Below, in pieces: positions 7,396-12,939 of a stretch of DNA of 12,939 bases. Source of the DNA: Candidatus Altiarchaeales archaeon IMC4 (GTDB lineage: Archaea > Altiarchaeota > Altiarchaeia > IMC4); contig MCBF01000001.1 in the NCBI GenBank assembly GCA_001742785.1, positions 511,517 to 524,455 on the forward strand, given 5' to 3'. The notes beneath the pieces are model-generated. The model did not search any database. It had not been told where the DNA came from and worked only from the letters and a program-made list of their open reading frames with translations. The translations under genes and the position numbers were made by a program. The first letter of the stretch is position 1; every line of letters starts with the position of its first letter.

Positions 7396-7426
7396 TATCG
7401 GAAATCTGATGGAAGACCCGAATGCC

Positions 7427-8461
7427 CTAAATAATCTGCCTCACAAACCAGTCCCTGTCGAACTTTTTGAGGTCGCCGTAACCCTGCCCCATGCCCACGA
7501 GAAGAATCGGCTTTCCGGTTTCGTGGGCGATTGAAAGCGCGCACCCGCCCTTTGCGTCCGCGTCCATCTTCGTGAGTATTATCCCGTCGATGCCGACCGC
7601 CTCGTTGAATTTTCTCGCCTGCTCGACCGCGTCGTTGCCGGTCAGGGAGTCCCCGACGAACAGCTTAAGGTGCGGCTTGTTCACGCGGATGATTTTTTTC
7701 ATCTCCTCCATCAGGTTCACGTTGGTCTGCATCCGGCCCGCCGTGTCAGCCAGAACTATGTCGATACCCTTTGCCTTCGCGTGCTTGACCGCGTCGTAAA
7801 TCACCGCGGCGGCGTCAGCCCCTTTCTGGTGCTTTATCATATTCACGGCGAGGTTTTCCCCGTGTTTGCTCAACTGCTCTATAGCACCCGCCCTGAACGT
7901 GTCCCCCGCCGCGAACACCGTCTTGAATCCGTTGTCCATGAAAAAGCGGGCAGCCTTTGCTATCGTTGTCGTCTTTCCGGTCCCGTTCACGCCGAAGAAA
8001 ACCAATGTCACCGGCTTGGGGTGGCTTTTCACAAATTCCAAGAGGTCAAGCTCGCTTTCGGGCGTCAGCGTTTCGGCCAGCACGGCCGCGAGCGCATTTT
8101 TTATGTAATCGTCGATTTTTCCCTTTTCGATGTCAACGCCGGTCAGGCGGTTTTTCAGTTCGCTTTGGATGTGGTCTGCGGTCTCGACCGCGACGTCGTT
8201 TTGTATCAGGTCAAGGTTCAGGTCCCAGATTATGTCGTCGAGGTCGGACTGGGAAAGCCGGACGGTCGAGCGAAAGAGGCTTTTTATCTTCGTTGTTGCA
8301 CTTATTTTTGTTTCGGCCTTTGGTTCTTGCGGTTTTCTCTTTTCGGTCGGCGGCGTTTCCACAACTATCTCTTCGGATTCTTCTTTTTCAATCTCTTCCT
8401 CGGCCTTTTCCTCCACCCTGCCTATGAAGGCATCGAATTTTTTCTTAAGAGCGCCGAACAT
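7427..8461 (-). CDS. ftsY: Signal recognition particle receptor FtsY
   Basis: Motifs GVNGTGKTTTIAK, AAGDTFRAGAIEQL, DTAGRMQT, TKMDADAKGG and GMGQGYGDL, with an acidic N-terminal region. Confidence 0.98.
   Translation of the reverse strand: MFGALKKKFDAFIGRVEEKAEEEIEKEESEEIVVETPPTEKRKPQEPKAETKISATTKIKSLFRSTVRLSQSDLDDIIWDLNLDLIQNDVAVETADHIQSELKNRLTGVDIEKGKIDDYIKNALAAVLAETLTPESELDLLEFVKSHPKPVTLVFFGVNGTGKTTTIAKAARFFMDNGFKTVFAAGDTFRAGAIEQLSKHGENLAVNMIKHQKGADAAAVIYDAVKHAKAKGIDIVLADTAGRMQTNVNLMEEMKKIIRVNKPHLKLFVGDSLTGNDAVEQARKFNEAVGIDGIILTKMDADAKGGCALSIAHETGKPILLVGMGQGYGDLKKFDRDWFVRQII
7430..7475 (-). repeat. ftsY 3' end, proximal copy of the 46-bp direct repeat
   Basis: It matches 6578-6623 with one mismatch (T7441 vs C6589). 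Confidence 0.95.
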
Positions 8462-8472
8462 TTTTGAGTAAT

Positions 8473-8838
8473 CTACAGTAGTTTTAAATCCCCGGTAACC
8501 TTGTCTATCTCCTTTTCAGGCGCAGGCCCGATGCCGACGCAGGTTATCGTCCCTGGCGCAATCTCGGTATGGCCCGCGTCCTTTATCAGCGCGGCGGCAA
8601 TCCCCGCGTCTTTTGCGCTCTGGAGAATCCTGAAAAGCTCGTCCGTGTTTTCGCACTTCAGGACGACCTTCTTCTGCTGGCCATCAAGCCACTCCTTTTT
8701 GTACCTGCTTTTCTCGGCTGCAGAAACGCTGGCGTGCGCGACCTGCCCCGCAAGCTTTCCCTTGCTGAGCTTCAGGTCGCTTCTTACTACGATAGCCTGT
8801 TTGTACTCCGCCGAGCCGCCGAGAATCTTTTCACGCAT
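8473..8838 (-). CDS. pth2: Peptidyl-tRNA hydrolase Pth2 (121 aa)
   Basis: Motifs YKQAIVVRSDLKLSKGKLAGQVAHA, GQQKKVVLK, DAGHTEIAPGTITCVGIGP and VTGDLKLL. The start is set at ATG 8838 because the longer track ORF overlaps the divergent gene. Confidence 0.96.
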   Translation of the reverse strand: MREKILGGSAEYKQAIVVRSDLKLSKGKLAGQVAHASVSAAEKSRYKKEWLDGQQKKVVLKCENTDELFRILQSAKDAGIAAALIKDAGHTEIAPGTITCVGIGPAPEKEIDKVTGDLKLL

Positions 8839-8875
8839 ATAATTAAATGGTTTCGAAATAATATAACAGACTACG

Positions 8876-9928
8876 ATGAAAGAACTCTGGGTGAAGGCCG
8901 ACGGCAACTCCCCTTGGGATGAGCGCAAGAAACTGGTAACGACCGCTTTGGAAAGCGGGGCTGATGCAGTCATTGTCAACAAGGGAGAGGTCAAAAAAGT
9001 AAAGGAACTCGGAAGGATCAGGGTTATTGCGGATGACGATGGCGCAGATTTTCGACTCGTGACAAACCTTGCTGATGTAAAAAAAGGCACTGTATTCTAC
9101 AAAGAGATAAACAACAAGGACGACGAGCAGGAAATCGTGAAAGCCGGAAAAAAGGCAGATTACGTTGTCCTGAACGCCAAAAACTGGAAAGTCATCCCTC
9201 TTGAGAACATAATCGCGGGGCTTCAAAAAGAGAATGCAAAGATAATCGTCGAGGTCGCAAATGCGGCCGAGGCAAAGACCGCGCTTGAAACCCTTGAGGT
9301 CGGAGCCGACGGTGTTCTAGTGAATGCCGGTTTTAACGAGATAAAGAAAATAAAAAAGCTGGTTGACGAGCTGTCAGAGGAAAAAATAACCCTCACTGCG
9401 GCGAAGATAACAGGCATCAAATCATTGGGGATGGGCGACCGCGTATGCGTCGACACCTGCTCGGTGTTCGGCAAGGGCGAGGGCATGCTTGTCGGCTCGC
9501 AGTCAAACGGTATGTTCCTGGTCCACTCCGAAACCATAGAAACCCCGTACGTCGCCACCCGGCCGTTCAGGGTAAACGCCGGGGCGGTTCATGCGTACGT
9601 GCGGGTTCCCGAGGGGAAAACCAAATACCTCAGTGAGTTAGATTCGGGCGATGATGTTCTTGCGGTCGATTCCAAGGGAAAAACAAGGCGGCTGATTGTC
9701 GGGCGCGCAAAGATAGAAAAGCGGCCGCTGATGCTCGTTGAAGCGGAAGTGAACGGGAAGAAAATCAAGACGCTTTTGCAGAATGCCGAAACGATAAGGC
9801 TTGTCGACAAAAACGGGAAGGCAATCTCGGTCGTCGAGTTGAAAAAAGGCGACGAGGTTCTCGTTTACGTCGAGGAAAAGGGAAGGCACTTCGGGATGGC
9901 TGTGGACGAATCTATAGCGGAAAAGTAG
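8876..9928 (+). CDS. aroB': 3-dehydroquinate synthase II (archaeal oxidative-deaminating type, AroB')
   Basis: Motifs WKVIPLENIIA, LEVGADGVL, GMGDRVCVDTCS, GEGMLVGS, RPFRVNAGAVHAY, LQNAETIRL and GRHFGM. Confidence 0.95.
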   Translation: MKELWVKADGNSPWDERKKLVTTALESGADAVIVNKGEVKKVKELGRIRVIADDDGADFRLVTNLADVKKGTVFYKEINNKDDEQEIVKAGKKADYVVLNAKNWKVIPLENIIAGLQKENAKIIVEVANAAEAKTALETLEVGADGVLVNAGFNEIKKIKKLVDELSEEKITLTAAKITGIKSLGMGDRVCVDTCSVFGKGEGMLVGSQSNGMFLVHSETIETPYVATRPFRVNAGAVHAYVRVPEGKTKYLSELDSGDDVLAVDSKGKTRRLIVGRAKIEKRPLMLVEAEVNGKKIKTLLQNAETIRLVDKNGKAISVVELKKGDEVLVYVEEKGRHFGMAVDESIAEK

Positions 9929-9930
9929 CT

Positions 9931-11904
9931 TTATTTTTTCCTTCGTTTTACAACTATTACCAGGACAGCAAGCACCGCAACGGCCAGTATTACCAGTCCA
10001 ATAGGTATCTGACTGCCGTCGTTGCCGCCGCCATTACCCCCTCCGTCGCTGGTTTCTAACTGTGCCATCAGCTTATCGCATTTAGCAACCCCGTTTGAAT
10101 CGCCGATTGCAGAATACATATCCTTCGCACTTCTTGCATATTCAAGCGCCTTGCCCTTGTCTGATTTGGAAAACATTTCCGCAAGCTTGTAATTGTTCTC
10201 GGCATCCAGCCTTAGCTCATTTTTTTCCATATCGTTTATCTCGATGGTCTTCGCATCGCACTTGGCGACGCCCTGTGTATTGTTCAGTTCAAGGTATATC
10301 CGGCGCGCCTGATCCACAAAAGCCCTTGATTTATTGTAATCGCCGGTGCTGAGAAAAACCGATGCATCATTGTACTTCGAATCCGCCTCGGACAACCGGG
10401 CGGAAAGCCTCGCATCGTTTATTTTTAATTCGAGGGCTTCGCATTTCTCAACCCCGTTTTTGTCGTTTATCTCGACGAAGACCTGTTTTGCCTTGCCAAG
10501 CCACTGGATCGAATCGTCAAACCGGTTAAGTTCGTATGATCTTTCCGCCTTCTGGTAATACTCTTCAGCCCTCAGCCCGCCTACGTGTACCTGGCTCATT
10601 TCAAGGATGTTCACGCCTTTGGTTGAACCGAGGATTAACTCTGCATAACCGTTGCCGTCCAGGTCGGATATCCGGATAGAATTTGCCCTCTTTCCAATAA
10701 AGTATTCCCACTCAAGAATGCCGTCATTCACCACATACACCATGCCGTCAGATAATGCAATGACCTCCGTGTTACCGTCGCCGTCAATATCGTAGGCCGA
10801 GACAGCATACAGATCGGGGGCCATGTACTCCCACTCAGGCGTTCCGTCACCTTTCAGGACGTATAGATTGTCCGATGCTAAGACTATATGTGCATTATCG
10901 TTTACTTTTTCAAAGTAGAGTCCGTTTATCTGATAATCTGTCGGGATTTCATCTATAACAGAGCCATCACGCTCAAGAATGATGATCTCTTTGCCCAATG
11001 ACATGGCAACGTTTCCATTGAGATTAGTATAAATGTAACCTGTTTCGTTCGTAGTGTAATTCCATCTAACCGCCCTGCCACTTATACTATATATTACGGT
11101 GTTCTGGTAGGGGTAATCAACATTCTTCCTTTGCTTTTCAGTGATAATGTTACCAGTGAAATTACATCTCGTTTCTGTATCATCTACTATTGATTCCTGC
11201 CAGCACTCATTGGTTGGCTCATACCACGTGCACCCAGTACAGTTGCAATAGTATTCATCCAGACCGCTCAGAAGTTGTCGTTCAGTATGGTTTCCAACGA
11301 CGATATCTTTGCACGTTTTTTCCCTGTAACTGACATCAACCACCTCATTGTATGTGTCTCTATTAGAATCCGATGCCATCAGAACAATCCTTGCATCATG
11401 GCCTTCCGAAACCACATATATATCTCTTACACTTTCGTTCGCCTCGAATTCCCATTCAACCGCGCCGGTTTGGGCATCCATAACATACAAACTGTTGTTG
11501 TTCCTGAGAGTCTCATATAACACCTTATCCGAGAACTCCACACCACCCTCGGTAGCGCTTTTTATGATCCCTCCTTCATATTTTGTTATCACTTGTCTGC
11601 CGCCCACACCGGTTAGTATTTCCGCCCTGCCGTCGCCGTCTATATCTGCTGCAGCGACCGAATATATCTTCCCGAGGTTTGGTGTGTATTTCTTCACAAG
11701 GTTCCCCTTTGCACCAAGGACGTAAATATCCTCAGATGAAACTGCGACTATCTCGAAGATGCTGTCGTTGTCAATGTCTGCGACGCACAAGTCTTTCACA
11801 TCCATCGTGTAATTCCACTTTGGGCTGAGATATTCAGCCGACACGCATGGCAGGATGTAAAATAGAACAAGCGCCACCACCAGCTTAAATCCCGCGTTTG
11901 GCAT
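9931..11904 (-). CDS. Secreted, membrane-anchored FG-GAP/beta-propeller-repeat protein with helical (TPR-like) repeats
   Basis: N-terminal signal peptide; repeated D(I/L)DxDG..E(I/V/L) Ca-binding motifs (DIDNDSIFEI, DIDGDGRAEI, DIDGDGNTEV, DLDGNGYAEL); W-x-Y/F blade ends; three helical repeats ending GV(E/A)KC; Gly linker, TM helix and KRRKK tail. Confidence 0.85.
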   Translation of the reverse strand: MPNAGFKLVVALVLFYILPCVSAEYLSPKWNYTMDVKDLCVADIDNDSIFEIVAVSSEDIYVLGAKGNLVKKYTPNLGKIYSVAAADIDGDGRAEILTGVGGRQVITKYEGGIIKSATEGGVEFSDKVLYETLRNNNSLYVMDAQTGAVEWEFEANESVRDIYVVSEGHDARIVLMASDSNRDTYNEVVDVSYREKTCKDIVVGNHTERQLLSGLDEYYCNCTGCTWYEPTNECWQESIVDDTETRCNFTGNIITEKQRKNVDYPYQNTVIYSISGRAVRWNYTTNETGYIYTNLNGNVAMSLGKEIIILERDGSVIDEIPTDYQINGLYFEKVNDNAHIVLASDNLYVLKGDGTPEWEYMAPDLYAVSAYDIDGDGNTEVIALSDGMVYVVNDGILEWEYFIGKRANSIRISDLDGNGYAELILGSTKGVNILEMSQVHVGGLRAEEYYQKAERSYELNRFDDSIQWLGKAKQVFVEINDKNGVEKCEALELKINDARLSARLSEADSKYNDASVFLSTGDYNKSRAFVDQARRIYLELNNTQGVAKCDAKTIEINDMEKNELRLDAENNYKLAEMFSKSDKGKALEYARSAKDMYSAIGDSNGVAKCDKLMAQLETSDGGGNGGGNDGSQIPIGLVILAVAVLAVLVIVVKRRKK

Positions 11905-11947
11905 TTTACATTATATTATTTAGGGTTTAGTAATTTTAATCAATGCA

Positions 11948-12892
11948 TCAATCCACCGGCATTTCAACCCTTTTGAGTATCCGCTCTATTACCTTTTCCG
12001 GGGTCATTCTGGACAGTTCCGCTTCGGGGGTGAATATCACCCGGTGCCTCAACACAGGGTACGCCATCTGCCTTACATCGTTTGGGGTCACATAGTCGCG
12101 CCCGTCAAGGAACGCGAAGGTCTTCGAGGCCTTCATCAATGCAATGGTCGCTCTGGGGCTTGCCCCGGTATCAAATTCCTTCCTCTGGCGGGTATCATTG
12201 ACAATCTCAATGATATAGTTCATAACCGAGTCCGAGATATACACGTTCTTATTTATCTCGTTTTGGACTATCATAATTTCTGCCGGGTTGAATATCTTGT
12301 TTACTGGTTCTTTTGAGAACTTCGACTTTGCTATTGACATCTCCTCGTCGGGGGTCAGGTACCCCATGATAACCTTGAAAATGAAACGGTCTTTCTGCGC
12401 CTCCGATATCTCGGTCGTGCCTTCCTGTTCGATCGGGTTTTGCGTTGCCAAAACGGTAAAGGGCTGCGGCAGCGGGTAGGACACCCCCTCTATAGTTACG
12501 GTTTTTTCCTCCATGGCCTCAAGGAAGATGGCCTGCAGTTTCGGGGCCAGGCGGTTTATCTCATCGATCAGGACGATGTTCGCGAATATCGGGCCCTTCA
12601 CAAGGACCCTCTGCTTCTTTTTTTCGTCGTAAACCATGGACCCTATTATGTCCCTTTCCATGATATCCGGGCTGCACTGTATCCTCTTGAAGGTGCAGTC
12701 AAGGGCTTCGGCAACGGTTTTCGCAAGCAGGGTCTTTCCTACTCCCGGAACACCCTCAAGGAGTATATTCTCGCCGCAGAATATCGCTATTATCACGTTC
12801 CTCATCGCCTCCTCGTTGCCAACGACCCTCTTGTGAACCTCGTTGTACAGGCGGTTGAACTGCTGGTAGATGTCTTTGTCGCGCTCTTGCAT
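11948..12892 (-). CDS. MoxR-family AAA+ ATPase
   Basis: Walker A GVPGVGKT, RIQCSPD, Walker B VLIDEINR, LEAMEE, LATQNPIEQEGT, DRF, GASPRA and VLRHR. ATG 12892 is preferred; the track start is TTG 12901. Confidence 0.95.
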   Translation of the reverse strand: MQERDKDIYQQFNRLYNEVHKRVVGNEEAMRNVIIAIFCGENILLEGVPGVGKTLLAKTVAEALDCTFKRIQCSPDIMERDIIGSMVYDEKKKQRVLVKGPIFANIVLIDEINRLAPKLQAIFLEAMEEKTVTIEGVSYPLPQPFTVLATQNPIEQEGTTEISEAQKDRFIFKVIMGYLTPDEEMSIAKSKFSKEPVNKIFNPAEIMIVQNEINKNVYISDSVMNYIIEIVNDTRQRKEFDTGASPRATIALMKASKTFAFLDGRDYVTPNDVRQMAYPVLRHRVIFTPEAELSRMTPEKVIERILKRVEMPVD

Positions 12893-12939
12893 TTTTCTCA
12901 ATTAGATATAATGGCCTACTCGTAAATATATTACAAACA

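Larger units (their letters stand above)
6578..7475 (-). mobile_element. Small integrated cassette (852-bp repeat spacing) carrying a toxin-antitoxin pair at the ftsY 3' end
   Basis: It is bounded by 46-bp direct repeats, is visibly more AT-rich than ftsY, contains only an antitoxin, a toxin and their promoter, and has no recombinase. Confidence 0.7.

Noticed and set aside
8839..9090. 84-aa N-terminal extension of Pth2 in the ORF track
   Set aside because: It overlaps the divergent aroB' gene, and Pth2 homology begins only after ATG 8838.

Overview
Archaeal chromosomal window. The initiator tRNA with an A1-U72 pair, Pth2, type II dehydroquinate synthase, small PurL and TATA promoters support this. 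A DPANN/Altiarchaeota-like source is only my inference. The housekeeping backbone is: 3' end of a short (split-type) carB, tRNA-iMet, an unannotated 36-aa membrane peptide, an ATP-cone + Mrr-type nuclease, purL, trkH, a charged wHTH-like protein, tRNA-Val(TAC), ftsY, pth2, aroB', a membrane-anchored FG-GAP/beta-propeller protein and a MoxR AAA+ ATPase. Three unusual non-coding structures stand out. (1) Two tandem 93-bp units sit directly upstream of tRNA-iMet; each begins with a copy of the tRNA 5' 19 nt and folds back into an acceptor-like closed stem. (2) An 852-bp integrase-free DUF2683/RelE-like toxin-antitoxin cassette is bounded by a 46-bp duplication of the ftsY 3' end. (3) Inside that cassette, a 117-bp in-frame insertion flanked by TAATG repeats lies exactly at the antitoxin-stop/toxin-start overlap and folds into a perfect four-way junction plus a hairpin.
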